Shown here: positions 1-9,572 of the stretch, piece by piece
How the letters are laid out: each line of letters starts with the position of its first letter
Numbering within the stretch: the stretch's first letter is position 1
DNA from: an uncultured archaeon
GTDB lineage: Archaea > Thermoproteota > Nitrososphaeria > Nitrososphaerales > Gagatemarchaeaceae
NCBI GenBank assembly: GCA_963817525.1
Contig: CAWFOU010000001.1
Coordinates: 992,001-1,056,000 of the forward strand
DNA length: 64,000 nucleotides
Reading direction: 5' to 3'
Made by a program: the position numbers and the translations under genes
The notes under the pieces: generated by a model
What the model was told of the DNA's origin: nothing
The model's input: only the letters and a program-made list of their open reading frames with translations
The model's database searches: none

Positions 1-30
1 CACGAGAAAGGGGACGGGTGAGCTCGCGAA

Positions 31-519
31 CTGGACGACCAAGGGCACGATCCCGCTGACGAGCCCGGCGCGAAGGCGGCCGCGAACTCGAGGGGCGTCG
101 CCGGCTGGCTCGACCCGCTCCACCAGAACCTGGAGAGGTGGGCCTACGTCTTCCAGAGGGTCACGGGGCTCGCGGTCCTCGCATACGTCGTGGGGCACAT
201 CGGGGACACCAGCTTCTTCGTCGGGGGGCCCTTTGGGGAGGGCCCGGACTCGGCGAGTTGGACGCAGGACCTCGGGGTGACGGAGAACGTCCTCGGGCAC
301 GTCGTCCTGGTGATGGTCGTGCTCGTCGTGGTCTACCACGGGATAAACGGGATGCGGCTGATACTCGCCGAGTACGGAGTGATATTCGACAAGCCCTCGA
401 AGCCAGACTATCCCTACAAGGCCAAGTCGCTGAGGACAATCCAGAGGCACCTGATCTGGGTCGCCATCATAGCCGCGATACTGGCGGCGCTCTACTCGGG
501 AGGGATACTGTTTGGGTGA
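31..519 (+). CDS. sdhC: Succinate dehydrogenase cytochrome b556 subunit
   Basis: Frame is open from the stop at 19-21. It contains ERWAYVFQRVTGL..GHI and YHGINGMRLIL and precedes sdhD/sdhB. The homologous region starts upstream of the track start (190); the best candidate start is CTG at 31. Confidence 0.85.
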   Translation: MDDQGHDPADEPGAKAAANSRGVAGWLDPLHQNLERWAYVFQRVTGLAVLAYVVGHIGDTSFFVGGPFGEGPDSASWTQDLGVTENVLGHVVLVMVVLVVVYHGINGMRLILAEYGVIFDKPSKPDYPYKAKSLRTIQRHLIWVAIIAAILAALYSGGILFG

Positions 520-525
520 GCCCGG

Positions 526-876
526 TTGAGGGAGTCGACGATCATGCAGCTGCAGTACGGGACCGCGATACTCGCCATCGGGCTGGTGACGCTCCACCTC
601 CTGATGCAAGGGGTGCTGGTCCCCTACGGGGAGGCTATTACGTTCCAGCGCGTCCTCTCCGTCTACAGGAACGCGGTGGACGGGGCGCTCCTCGAGGTCC
701 TCCTGATAGTTGTGCTCGCGCACGGGTTCAACGGCCTCAGGATAATCCTGCTCGAATGGCGCCAGGGGGCACGGTGGACGAAGGGGGTGAACTGGGCGGT
801 GCTCTTCGTCGCCCTCGCGCTGATGGCTTACGGGACCCGGACGGTGATACTAGCGGCCACAGGGCAGGTGACCTGA
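526..876 (+). CDS. sdhD: Succinate dehydrogenase membrane anchor subunit
   Basis: Three TM helices, LQYGTA..H and HGFNGLRIILLE motifs; stop overlaps the sdhB ATG. Confidence 0.85.
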   Translation: MRESTIMQLQYGTAILAIGLVTLHLLMQGVLVPYGEAITFQRVLSVYRNAVDGALLEVLLIVVLAHGFNGLRIILLEWRQGARWTKGVNWAVLFVALALMAYGTRTVILAATGQVT

Positions 877-1679
877 TGGAAGGGAAAGAGCTCACTCTGG
901 TCATCCAGAGGTTCGACCCATCCGTCGAGAGGAGCCCGCACCTCGAGAGGTACCAGGTGCCCCTCCGCGACGGGATGACGGTGCTCGACGCCCTGATCTA
1001 CGCGAAGGACCGGCTCGACCACGGGATATCGCTCCGGTTCTCCTGCAGGATGGCCTCCTGCGGGTCATGCGGGATGAGGATCGACGGTAGGCCGCGGCTG
1101 GCCTGCGAGACCCAGGTGGGCAACCTCCGCTCGTCCACGATCACCGTCCAGCCTATGGACAACTTCCCCATCGTCAGGGACCTGGTCGTCGACCTGGAGT
1201 CGTTCTTCTCGAAGCACGCCGCGATGTCGCCCCACCTCGAGAGGGAGGGAGACCCACAGGAGCAGGAATCCCCGAGCGGCGAGTACCTCATGACCCCGGA
1301 GGAGCTGGACTCGTTCGTCCAGTTCACCTATTGCATAAAGTGCGGGCTGTGCAGCTCGTCCTGCCCAACCGCGTCGACCGACGCTCTCTTCCCGGGCCCT
1401 CAGGCACTCGCGCAGGAGTATAGGTACCTGCAGGACCCAAGGGACGAGGGGGGAGAGGAGAGGCTCGACGCCGTGGACAAGGAGCACGGCGTGTGGAGGT
1501 GCCACTTCGCGGGGACGTGCTCCGCGGTCTGCCCCAAGGGGGTGGACCCCGCCCTGGGCGTACAGCTGCTCAAGAGGCACGTGATGGCGGCGAGGTCCCC
1601 GTTCAGGCGGCGGAGGAAAGCGAAAGCCGGGGCGAAGGTCTTCCCCAACCCCAACAAGGACCTGCTAGGGCGAGCCTAG
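876..1679 (+). CDS. sdhB: Succinate dehydrogenase iron-sulfur subunit
   Basis: SCRMASCGSC, CIKCGLCSSSCP and CHFAGTCSAVCP clusters; true ATG at 876 (TGATG coupling). Confidence 0.95.
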   Translation: MEGKELTLVIQRFDPSVERSPHLERYQVPLRDGMTVLDALIYAKDRLDHGISLRFSCRMASCGSCGMRIDGRPRLACETQVGNLRSSTITVQPMDNFPIVRDLVVDLESFFSKHAAMSPHLEREGDPQEQESPSGEYLMTPEELDSFVQFTYCIKCGLCSSSCPTASTDALFPGPQALAQEYRYLQDPRDEGGEERLDAVDKEHGVWRCHFAGTCSAVCPKGVDPALGVQLLKRHVMAARSPFRRRRKAKAGAKVFPNPNKDLLGRA

Positions 1680-2086
1680 GGGTCGGTCGGCTCGGCGTAG
1701 TGGGCGCCCAGGTACTCGTAGACGCCCGTCTTCAGCACCTTCACCGAGAGCATGGCGCACTTTATCCTGGCGGGACCGAGGTCTGAGGTCCCCAGCATCT
1801 TGAGGATGTCCTCCCTCGAGAGGTCCTTCACCCAGTCGAGGGGCTTGCCCTTCGCCATCTCCGTGAGCATCGAGGCGGTGGCCTGGCTTATCGCGCAGCC
1901 CTTGCCGACGAACCTTATCTCCTCTATCTTGTCCTTTTCCGGCGAGACGCGGATCTGCATCTCGACCTCGTCGCCGCAGAGCGGGTTGAGGTCCTTGGCG
2001 TCGATGTCGTGGGGATCGAGCTTCCCGAAGTTGCGGGGGTTCCTGTAGTAGTCCAGGATGAGCTCCCGGTAAAAGTCGCTGCTCAA
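1676..2086 (-). CDS. sufU: SufU/IscU-family Fe-S scaffold or sulfur-transfer protein
   Basis: NPLCGD, GCAISQA and RIKCA motifs; directly downstream of sufS. Confidence 0.92.
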   Translation of the reverse strand: MSSDFYRELILDYYRNPRNFGKLDPHDIDAKDLNPLCGDEVEMQIRVSPEKDKIEEIRFVGKGCAISQATASMLTEMAKGKPLDWVKDLSREDILKMLGTSDLGPARIKCAMLSVKVLKTGVYEYLGAHYAEPTDP

Positions 2087-4776
2087 ACGCAGAACACGCT
2101 CTTGGCCTTTAGGAGGGCGCCTATGAACGCGTCGATGTCTTCCGTCGAGTTGTAGACGTAGAAGCTCGCCCTGCTCGTCCCGGGCACGCCGAGGTGATCC
2201 ATCAGGGGCTGGGCACAGTGGTGCCCTGACCTGATGGCGACGCCTTGCTCGTCGAGCAGCGACGCCATGTCGTGCGGGTGGATGTCAGCAAGGTTGAACG
2301 ATATCACGCCGCCCCTCGCCTCCGGGTCCATCGGGCCGTAGATCTTGACGTTGGGAATGCGCGACATCTTCTCGAAGGCGTATCTCAGAAGGTCCACCTC
2401 GTGCCTCCTCACGTTCTCCATCCCTAGCGCTCCCAGGTACTGGACCGCGACGCCCAGGCCTATGGCGTCGGCGATGTTGGTCGTCCCCGCCTCGAACTTG
2501 TAGGGGACGTCGTTCCACCTCGCCCCGTCGGTGTGCACCTCCTTGATCATGTCTCCGCCTGACTGGAAGGGGTCAATAGAGTCCAAGAGATCCTTCCTCC
2601 CGTAGAGGGCGCCTATCCCAGTAGGGCCGAGCATCTTGTGGCCGGAATTGTGGAGAAGGATTGGGAAGAATCCGCCGAAGAATCGCTCACTGCCTTCGAC
2701 CGAAACATCGTATACCATGCGCTCTCCAGCCGGACTAACTTTTCGCACTTTGACCAGACCGAAATCAGCCAAGGCGAGCCTCTTGTACCTGCTCAGAACT
2801 TGCTGTGTTTCGTGGGATATTGGTTTCTTGTGAGTCGATTCGATCCAGGCAACTGCCTCAAGAATATTTGCGCGAGTGGCTCGCTTCTTCGAAGAGCGCA
2901 GAGTGGAGGCGATTTTCGAGTTGTATTTGGGCCGGGTCATCCGATACGCTTCCCTGAGCGCGTCAACGCAAAGCGTCTTGTCCTTTGGTGCGCCGGGTTT
3001 TGTCGTCCGTCGATGGAACTCTTCTGTGAGCGCCAACTCGCTCCGCTGCAACGTCAGAGAGTACTGATCGTTCCAAGTCTCGACGCGCGACTGGGCGAAG
3101 CCCAGCGTGTTCGAGACTCCGTGAAGCTTCAGAAGCCAGGAGAGTTCGGAAACCAATCTTTTCGAGACAGATTTCACTTTCAGGCGATACATCTCGTTCT
3201 TTGAAGCGTCTCCACGAAGGTAGCCCTTGAGCAATTCGGCGACCATGGTGCGGTCAACCTGCCAGATGAAGCTTGGTAGATGCTTGTCCGCCTTTTTGCC
3301 GCAGAACTTCTCGAAGAAGGAATGCCATTTTGCGCTGTTGAATGAGACATTAGAAGTATGGTTCTCACTGTTGTGGTACGTGTGTGGTCGCATCCTTCGA
3401 GGGATTGACAGTCCCACGGCTTGATTGCTGTCCAGGTACTTCTTCGCGGTCTTCCTGCTGATGCCGGCAGCTTCAGCCGTAGTGGAAAGGCTCGTGCCGC
3501 CCCCTGTTCTGACAACGGTCTCCATCGCCTCGGCATAATAGTAGACCGGATCAAGACCTGCAATCAACCCTCTGGTATCTTCCACGTATTCGACTTCCCT
3601 CTCTGAGAATGTCAGAGATATTCTGTTCTCAGCGGAATCCAATGAGCCCTCTGCGAGGTAGTACCCGATGAGTCGCATGAGTTCTGTTGTTACCCTGACC
3701 CTCTCCTTGACCTTGTGACCGTGATGCGAATATTCGATGTCGAATTCTTCAAGTACGTCGACATCGCTTTGGGACTGCTTGCTCAGAGTGACGAGGTAGT
3801 CACCCTTCTGCAACTTCGAGACCTGTTCCTCGACGATGTCTGAATCTCGCCAAACGTACACGGAATGGTGCCCAGTTGCAAGAATCGGAATAGCGCTACC
3901 TTCATGCTTGATTTCGTAGACACCGTCCAGGTGGGCGAGAGTGCCCCTTATGTCATCAAATCTGGCTCGGGCGTCCGAACCGAGCGTAAGAATCGACACC
4001 TCGTCGCCCCGGTTGTACAGCTCAACTGCCTCCTCGATTGGGACGAGTTGAGTCGATTCACCATGGCGAACCAGCACAGGAGTATCGCCAGTGACAGAGA
4101 AGGCGAGGAAGTCGCAGCCCATCTCCTGGACGTCTACGGGCATGTGCGGCGCGGACTGGGCGGCGTCCACGACCGTGGTCGCGCCCGCCTTCTTCGAGAG
4201 CGAGCACAGCTTCGCGGCGTCGTTTATCGTGCCGAGCACGTTGGAGCAGTGCGTGAACGCGACGAGCGCGGGGGAGAGGCCGAGCAGCCGCTCGAACTCC
4301 GCCATGTCGAGCTCCCCCTCCGCGGTCACGGGGGCGTACTCCAGCCTCGCGCCCTTCTCCTTGGCGAGCAGCTGCCATGGCACCATGTTGCTGTGGTGCT
4401 CCATCAGGGTGATCAGGATCACGTCTCCCCGCTTCACGAACTTCGACCCCCAAGCGAACTTCACGAGGTTGATGGACTCTGTCGTCCCGCGGGTGAAGAT
4501 GACCTGCTGGGGGGCGGGCGCGTTGATGAACTTCGCCACCTTCTTCCTGGAGTTCTCGTAGGTCTCGGTGGCCTCGATGCTGAGCTGGTGGACGCCGCGG
4601 TGGATGTTTGCGTTGTATCGCGAGTAGTAGTCCACCAGCGCGTCGATCACGACCTTGGGCTTTTGCGTGGTCGCCGCGTTGTCGAGGTAAACCAAGCGCT
4701 TGCCCTTGATCTTCCTGCTGAGGATGGGGAAGTCGGCCTTTAGCTTCTCAACATCTACCGTCTTGGATTCGAGCAA
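2083..4776 (-). CDS. sufS: Cysteine desulfurase SufS precursor (413-aa extein plus 484-aa intein)
   Basis: YLDNAATTQKP, EHHSN, DAAQS, AF|SGHKMLGPTG (split by the intein) and RSGHHCAQP. Confidence 0.95.
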   Translation of the reverse strand: MLESKTVDVEKLKADFPILSRKIKGKRLVYLDNAATTQKPKVVIDALVDYYSRYNANIHRGVHQLSIEATETYENSRKKVAKFINAPAPQQVIFTRGTTESINLVKFAWGSKFVKRGDVILITLMEHHSNMVPWQLLAKEKGARLEYAPVTAEGELDMAEFERLLGLSPALVAFTHCSNVLGTINDAAKLCSLSKKAGATTVVDAAQSAPHMPVDVQEMGCDFLAFSVTGDTPVLVRHGESTQLVPIEEAVELYNRGDEVSILTLGSDARARFDDIRGTLAHLDGVYEIKHEGSAIPILATGHHSVYVWRDSDIVEEQVSKLQKGDYLVTLSKQSQSDVDVLEEFDIEYSHHGHKVKERVRVTTELMRLIGYYLAEGSLDSAENRISLTFSEREVEYVEDTRGLIAGLDPVYYYAEAMETVVRTGGGTSLSTTAEAAGISRKTAKKYLDSNQAVGLSIPRRMRPHTYHNSENHTSNVSFNSAKWHSFFEKFCGKKADKHLPSFIWQVDRTMVAELLKGYLRGDASKNEMYRLKVKSVSKRLVSELSWLLKLHGVSNTLGFAQSRVETWNDQYSLTLQRSELALTEEFHRRTTKPGAPKDKTLCVDALREAYRMTRPKYNSKIASTLRSSKKRATRANILEAVAWIESTHKKPISHETQQVLSRYKRLALADFGLVKVRKVSPAGERMVYDVSVEGSERFFGGFFPILLHNSGHKMLGPTGIGALYGRKDLLDSIDPFQSGGDMIKEVHTDGARWNDVPYKFEAGTTNIADAIGLGVAVQYLGALGMENVRRHEVDLLRYAFEKMSRIPNVKIYGPMDPEARGGVISFNLADIHPHDMASLLDEQGVAIRSGHHCAQPLMDHLGVPGTSRASFYVYNSTEDIDAFIGALLKAKSVFCV
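2647..4098 (-). mobile_element. Intein in SufS with LAGLIDADG homing endonuclease
   Basis: Starts SVTGDTPVLV; block B ATGHHSVYV; LIGYYLAEG and LLKGYLRGDA motifs; block F VYDVSV; ends LLHN followed by Ser+1. GC is lower than the host gene. Confidence 0.93.
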
Positions 4777-4796
4777 TTGTTCTTCTCACGGGCCGC

Positions 4797-5105
4797 CTAG
4801 ATCTCTACGAAAATGCTGCCTTCCTCTATTTTAACATTGTAATTCTTCAGCGGCTCGACCGCTGGTGGGTTGTAGACCTCGCCCGTCCTGAGGTCGAACT
4901 GCGATAGGTGGAGCTGGCAGACGACGCGCTCCTCGACCATAAACCCCTCCGCGAGCCGAGACTCCTCGTGCGTGCAGATCCCGTCGACGGCGTAGACCTC
5001 TCCGCCCAGGTTTGAGAGGAGAAGCTCCTTCCCTTCGACCTGGACCCCGGCCATGGTCCCCGGCGCGAGCTTTGAGAGCTCGATCGTCTTCACGAAGCGC
5101 GGCAA
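4797..5105 (-). CDS. Rieske-type [2Fe-2S] ferredoxin
   Basis: CTHE and CQLH ligand motifs; TTG start at 5105 just after the sufD stop. Confidence 0.9.
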   Translation of the reverse strand: MPRFVKTIELSKLAPGTMAGVQVEGKELLLSNLGGEVYAVDGICTHEESRLAEGFMVEERVVCQLHLSQFDLRTGEVYNPPAVEPLKNYNVKIEEGSIFVEI

Positions 5106-5113
5106 CTCCTCGC

Positions 5114-6532
5114 TTAGCCTCGGTACTTGTAGTGGCGCTCGAAGATGTCCCCGGTGGTGTGCCTCTCTTCGTCGGGCACCTCTCCGGTCAGGGCGAGCAA
5201 GGTCTCCCTGTCGACGAGCCTCCTGCGCTCGCCTGACCACTTCCCTTCCACCGTGAACTTCGCACCCTCGCGAGCGAACTCGATTGGGATCCTCGAGAGG
5301 ACGGGCTCGAAGAACCCGAGGACGATGAGCTTCTTCGCCTCGTCCTTCGGGAGGCCCCTCGCCTCGAGGTAGAAGATCTGGTCCTCGTCGATCTGCGCGA
5401 CCGAGGCGGAGTGGGTCGCTTTCACCTCGTTGGTGTCGATGTCGAGCCCGGGGATCGCGTCCGAGCGGGCGCGCTTGTCCAGGAGCATTGCGTGGTGGGC
5501 GAGATAGGAGTGGGAGTTCTTCGCCCCCTTCTTTATCTTGACCATCCCCTTGAAGATCGACTGGGACTCGCCTTTGAGGACGCCCCTCGCGGTCAAGGAC
5601 CCCGCCGAGTCCGGCGAGTTGTGCACCAGGTTGGCGTCGAGGTCGTAGCGCTGCTTGCCGTCGCAGAAGAAGACCTGGTACCCCTCGAAGGAGGAGCCAC
5701 GGCCGTTGAGGCCCAGGTTGAAGCGGGACCTCGTGATCTTGCCGCCAAGCAGGATGGAGGCGAGCGAGGCCTTTGCGTTCGCGGCCACGGAGACGCCCTG
5801 GTTGGAGAGGTAGACCGCGTTTTCGTCCAGGAGCTGCAGCGCGCTGCACTCGACCTGGGCGGTGTCCTCGGCGAAGACGTCGAAGGTAGAGCTTACTAGG
5901 TAAGGCCCCGCGCTTGCGGCCGAATAGACCTCCTCCAGGTAGTTGAACTTGGAGGCCTCCTCGGCGTAGATGATCGTCATCTCCACGATGCTCGAGGAGG
6001 GGTCACGCGTCACCAGCATCCTCCTGAGCGAAGAGGGGGCGGCCACGCCTCGGGGGACGCGTATGAAGACGCCCGAGTTGAAGAACGCGGCGTTGAAGGC
6101 GGCGTACTTCTCTTCCGAGGGGTTGGCGAGCCGCCTCGTCAGGAGGGACCGCAGGAGCTGCTCGTGCTTTGCTAGGGCCTCGTGGACGGTGAGGACCTCT
6201 ATCCCGCTCTTGGAGTAGGCCTCCTCGAGGTCGACGTGCACCGTGGTGGAGTTGCCCTGAAGGACGATGTTGGTCTCCTTCCCAGTGAGGTACCCCTCGA
6301 AGTGCTTCCTGAGGTCGAGGCTGGCCTGCCCTGTGCCGACGGTGAACTGCTCCGGGTCGAAGGCCGACACCCCCGCGTACTTTGTGTAGAGGGGCGACGT
6401 CTCAAGCGGCAGGGAAGCGAACTTGCGCAGTGCCTCGAGGCGGTAGTCCCTGAGCCAGCTTGGCTCTCCAAGGGCCTTGGAGACGGACTCCACCTGCTCC
6501 TCGGTGAAGCGGGAGACTGCGCTCTGGGCCAT
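5114..6532 (-). CDS. sufD: Fe-S cluster assembly protein SufD
   Basis: IPGLDIDTNEVKATHSASV and QIFYLEARG; paralog downstream of sufB. Confidence 0.92.
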   Translation of the reverse strand: MAQSAVSRFTEEQVESVSKALGEPSWLRDYRLEALRKFASLPLETSPLYTKYAGVSAFDPEQFTVGTGQASLDLRKHFEGYLTGKETNIVLQGNSTTVHVDLEEAYSKSGIEVLTVHEALAKHEQLLRSLLTRRLANPSEEKYAAFNAAFFNSGVFIRVPRGVAAPSSLRRMLVTRDPSSSIVEMTIIYAEEASKFNYLEEVYSAASAGPYLVSSTFDVFAEDTAQVECSALQLLDENAVYLSNQGVSVAANAKASLASILLGGKITRSRFNLGLNGRGSSFEGYQVFFCDGKQRYDLDANLVHNSPDSAGSLTARGVLKGESQSIFKGMVKIKKGAKNSHSYLAHHAMLLDKRARSDAIPGLDIDTNEVKATHSASVAQIDEDQIFYLEARGLPKDEAKKLIVLGFFEPVLSRIPIEFAREGAKFTVEGKWSGERRRLVDRETLLALTGEVPDEERHTTGDIFERHYKYRG

Positions 6533-6557
6533 GGGGTTCACTCGGGGAGGATTGGGC

Positions 6558-9092
6558 CTAGCCCACGGCGCCGGTCATCTCGAGCGCCATGAGCCTGTTG
6601 ATCTCGATCGCGTAGGTCATGGGGAGCTCCTTCGTGAAGGGCTCGACGAAGCCGTTCACTATCATGCTGAGGGCGTCCCTCTCGCTGATGCCCCTGGCCA
6701 TCAGGTAGAAGATCTGCTCCTCGCCCACCTTGCCGACGCTGGCCTCGTGCGTGACCGTCGCATCGTCCGCCATCACCTCCACGTAAGGGATGGTAGAGGT
6801 CTTCGAGTGCTCGTCGAGGAGCAGCGCGTCGCAATTGTGCGACACGGCGTTTGAAATCAGATAGGTGTGATCCGTCGTTCCAATATTGTAGACCGGGCCG
6901 TCGTAGAGCACCCTGTTGATCTCTCGGATTGGAACGTACATCCAATCTCCGTCAAACTTTGCCTGGATTTTGCTGCTCTGATTCGCCCTGACATCGAACT
7001 TCTCGTGTGTGTTTACTTTCCTTCCAAGGATGATTGGCGAGTCGGAGGCGCGGGAAATCCTGAAGAAGGCGCCCAGCCGGGCGCCAAGGAGCTGAAGTTG
7101 CGTCGCAAGCAACCTGGAGGTCGTCACGGCATGAAGAACATTCCTTGTGTGCATGCAGTTTTCAGTTGTGCACCCATCACCGCGTTGATATCCATCGAGG
7201 AACGATTGGAGGATCCTGTCGTCTTTGTGGAAGAGCACGAAGTCAGGTATTCTCTTGTTTGATGCTCCCGTTCCGCACCACTCGGCAAGTGCTCTTGAGA
7301 GAAGCGTGGCGAAGACGTAGACCTCGACCCCATCTTCACCCTCCTGTTTGTAGATCTTCGACTTGTAACCCATTCTCGACATAATCCCTGTTATCCTCTC
7401 ACTGAGATCAGTCTCGCTCAATCCAAGCGCGAACCTGACCTTGTCTTGGCTCGGGTAACCTTCAGCGACATAAATTCCGAGAAGCCAGGCGAATTCCTCG
7501 TCAAGTTTCACCTTCGGGTTGTGCCCCTTGGAAACGAAGGTCCTGAGCCCATCTTTGGTCTTCGCGAAGCGAGATATGTCGAGCTCTTCCACGTCCAGGT
7601 GACCCGTCCGTCGAGGAACGACCACATAGTCTCCATCGACATTCGACTTCTTTGCAACAACCTCAGAGGAGTCCTTCCATTGCGGAGGCGAGAGTGCGAT
7701 TCTCGTAGTATGTGCATTTCGACCCTTGCGGACAACCCGCGGGTAAACAACGTCGGACCTTGCTACGAGTATTGGATGTTCCGGAGTCACTTCGATTGGA
7801 AAGAGCCCTGCCGCCTTGATTCTGATCATATCTCCTTTGAAATCGTTAACGAAAGTTTGGGTGACTCCGTTGAGACCTGTCGCTCCAATGGCGCGGTCAC
7901 CGACGCTGTACTCGTGAATAGGTTTGTTGTCGCCAAGGATTATTGTGTCTGGCTTGACGCACCTGACGGTCGCCTTTACGTTGTGAGCGCCCTTTGCGAT
8001 GTGTAGGAGGCCGCGGTATATCGCCTCTCCGCCGTCCTTCGAGACAGACTTTGAGATTATCTTCGAGGACGTGTCGGAGGCGAGATGGATTATCTTGCCG
8101 CCGGTGTCCTGGATCTGGTTCGCGCCGGCGTACGCCATCGACATGATCTCGGCCGAGGCGCCCTTGCCCAAGAGGTAGACGGAGGGGTACTTCATGTTCC
8201 TGCCCGAGCCGACCTCGCCGTTGAGCCAGGTCACGCTCGCGTTCTCGTAGGCGTGCGCCCTCTTCGTGACGAGGTTGTAGACGTTCTTGCTCCAGTTCTG
8301 GATGGTGATGTAGCGGATCTTCGCGCCCTTCATAGCGACGAGCTCGACGATGGCCGCGTGGAGCATCGACTTTTGGTACATGGCCGCGGTGCAGCCCTCG
8401 ATGTAGTGGACCTCGGTGTTGGGCTCGGCCACGATCAGCGTCCTCTCGAACTGCCCCATCCCCTGGGCGTTGATCCTGAAGTAGGACTGGAGAGGCATCG
8501 TTATCTTGACGCCCTCCGGGATGTAGATGAAAGGCCCGTCGCTCCAGACCGCGCTGTTGAGCGCGGCGAACTTGTTGTCGTTCGAGGGGATTATTGTCCC
8601 CATGTACTTCTTGATGAGCTCGGGATAGTCCCTTACCGCGTTTCCGACGCTCGTGAAGATGACTCCCTGCGCCTGGAGGTCCTTCTGGAGGCTGTTGTAG
8701 ACCTCCTGGCTCTCGTAGATCGCCCCCACGCCAGCGAGGAACTTCCTCTCCGCCTCAGGGATGCCGAGCTTCTCGAAGGTGTTCCGGATCTCGGGCGGGA
8801 CGTCCTCCCACTTCTTCGCGGTCTCCTTCGCGGGATGCGCATAGTAGTAAAAGTCCTGGAACTTTATCGGAGACAGGTCGACGCCCCACGTGGGGACCGG
8901 CCTCTCGTTGAAGTGCTTCAGCGCCTTGAGCCTGAACTCCTCCATCCAGATGGGCTCGTTCCGCAGCCTCGAGATCTCCTTGACCACGTCCTCGTTGATG
9001 CCCCTGTGCATGTTGTCGAGGTAGCCGGTCGAGTCGGCGAACCCGTACTTTGTCTTGTAATCGTCGGTTACGATGTCGGCGGCTGCTGTCAT
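6558..9092 (-). CDS. sufB: Fe-S cluster assembly protein SufB precursor (468-aa extein plus 376-aa intein)
   Basis: LGIPEAER, GQFERTL, YIEGCTA, QNWS, R|CDALLLD, THEASVG and FYLMARG. Confidence 0.96.
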   Translation of the reverse strand: MTAAADIVTDDYKTKYGFADSTGYLDNMHRGINEDVVKEISRLRNEPIWMEEFRLKALKHFNERPVPTWGVDLSPIKFQDFYYYAHPAKETAKKWEDVPPEIRNTFEKLGIPEAERKFLAGVGAIYESQEVYNSLQKDLQAQGVIFTSVGNAVRDYPELIKKYMGTIIPSNDNKFAALNSAVWSDGPFIYIPEGVKITMPLQSYFRINAQGMGQFERTLIVAEPNTEVHYIEGCTAAMYQKSMLHAAIVELVAMKGAKIRYITIQNWSKNVYNLVTKRAHAYENASVTWLNGEVGSGRNMKYPSVYLLGKGASAEIMSMAYAGANQIQDTGGKIIHLASDTSSKIISKSVSKDGGEAIYRGLLHIAKGAHNVKATVRCVKPDTIILGDNKPIHEYSVGDRAIGATGLNGVTQTFVNDFKGDMIRIKAAGLFPIEVTPEHPILVARSDVVYPRVVRKGRNAHTTRIALSPPQWKDSSEVVAKKSNVDGDYVVVPRRTGHLDVEELDISRFAKTKDGLRTFVSKGHNPKVKLDEEFAWLLGIYVAEGYPSQDKVRFALGLSETDLSERITGIMSRMGYKSKIYKQEGEDGVEVYVFATLLSRALAEWCGTGASNKRIPDFVLFHKDDRILQSFLDGYQRGDGCTTENCMHTRNVLHAVTTSRLLATQLQLLGARLGAFFRISRASDSPIILGRKVNTHEKFDVRANQSSKIQAKFDGDWMYVPIREINRVLYDGPVYNIGTTDHTYLISNAVSHNCDALLLDEHSKTSTIPYVEVMADDATVTHEASVGKVGEEQIFYLMARGISERDALSMIVNGFVEPFTKELPMTYAIEINRLMALEMTGAVG
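6834..7961 (-). mobile_element. Intein in SufB with LAGLIDADG homing endonuclease
   Basis: Starts CVKPDT; block B VTPEHPIL; LLGIYVAEG and FLDGYQRGDG; block F VYNIGT; ends VSHN followed by Cys+1. Confidence 0.94.
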
Positions 9093-9104
9093 AAAGCAGA
9101 TTGA

Positions 9105-9128
9105 TATTACCTATGTTATGTATAAAAA
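9105..9128 (-). promoter_or_regulatory. sufB promoter: TATA box plus imperfect palindromic operator
   Basis: TTTTTATA (minus strand, 9128-9121) about 30 nt upstream of the ATG. TATTACCTATGTTATG (9105-9120) matches the sufC palindrome at 13/16. Confidence 0.65.
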
Positions 9129-9206
9129 CGATTCGGGACGAGCGGGAAAAGTCCCCCAAGCCCACTCGAGCGACGCTTATCTTGCAGCGGCGCAAGGGTG
9201 ACCCCA

Positions 9207-9434
9207 ATGGACGACGGGAGGACGAAGGCGGTCTTCGGGGCCGTGCTCATAGTCGGCGGTCTAGCCTGCGTTGCCATCGGACTCGGATTCTACTTCAGCC
9301 AGACCGGTGTCGGCGGGATTGAGAGCAACCCGTCCTTTGCGCAGCTCACCAGCAGCGACCTGGCGTTGGTTCCAATAGCGATAGGGGTCGTCCTCTTGGT
9401 CGCCGGGTTCGCCCTTTCCGGGGCCCGACAGTGA
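9207..9434 (+). CDS. Small 2-TM membrane protein
   Basis: Two hydrophobic helices, host-like codon usage. Confidence 0.65.
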   Translation: MDDGRTKAVFGAVLIVGGLACVAIGLGFYFSQTGVGGIESNPSFAQLTSSDLALVPIAIGVVLLVAGFALSGARQ

Positions 9435-9572
9435 TCGCGAGAGGCGGCGCCTCCGTCCATTCGGCGGTCGATGCGCTCGAGGTCGTCTCAGGACGACAAA
9501 ACGGTGCCCAAGTTCAGGAACTGTCCAATCTACTGGACTTATTACGTTCGTCAAAGGCTGGACTTCTGGACT

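Noticed and set aside
138-875. N-terminal extension of SdhB in the ORF track
   Set aside because: It overlaps sdhC/sdhD in another frame; the real start is 876.
5106-5849. Long N-terminal extension on the Rieske ferredoxin
   Set aside because: Off-frame overlap with sufD, a GC-rich artefact.
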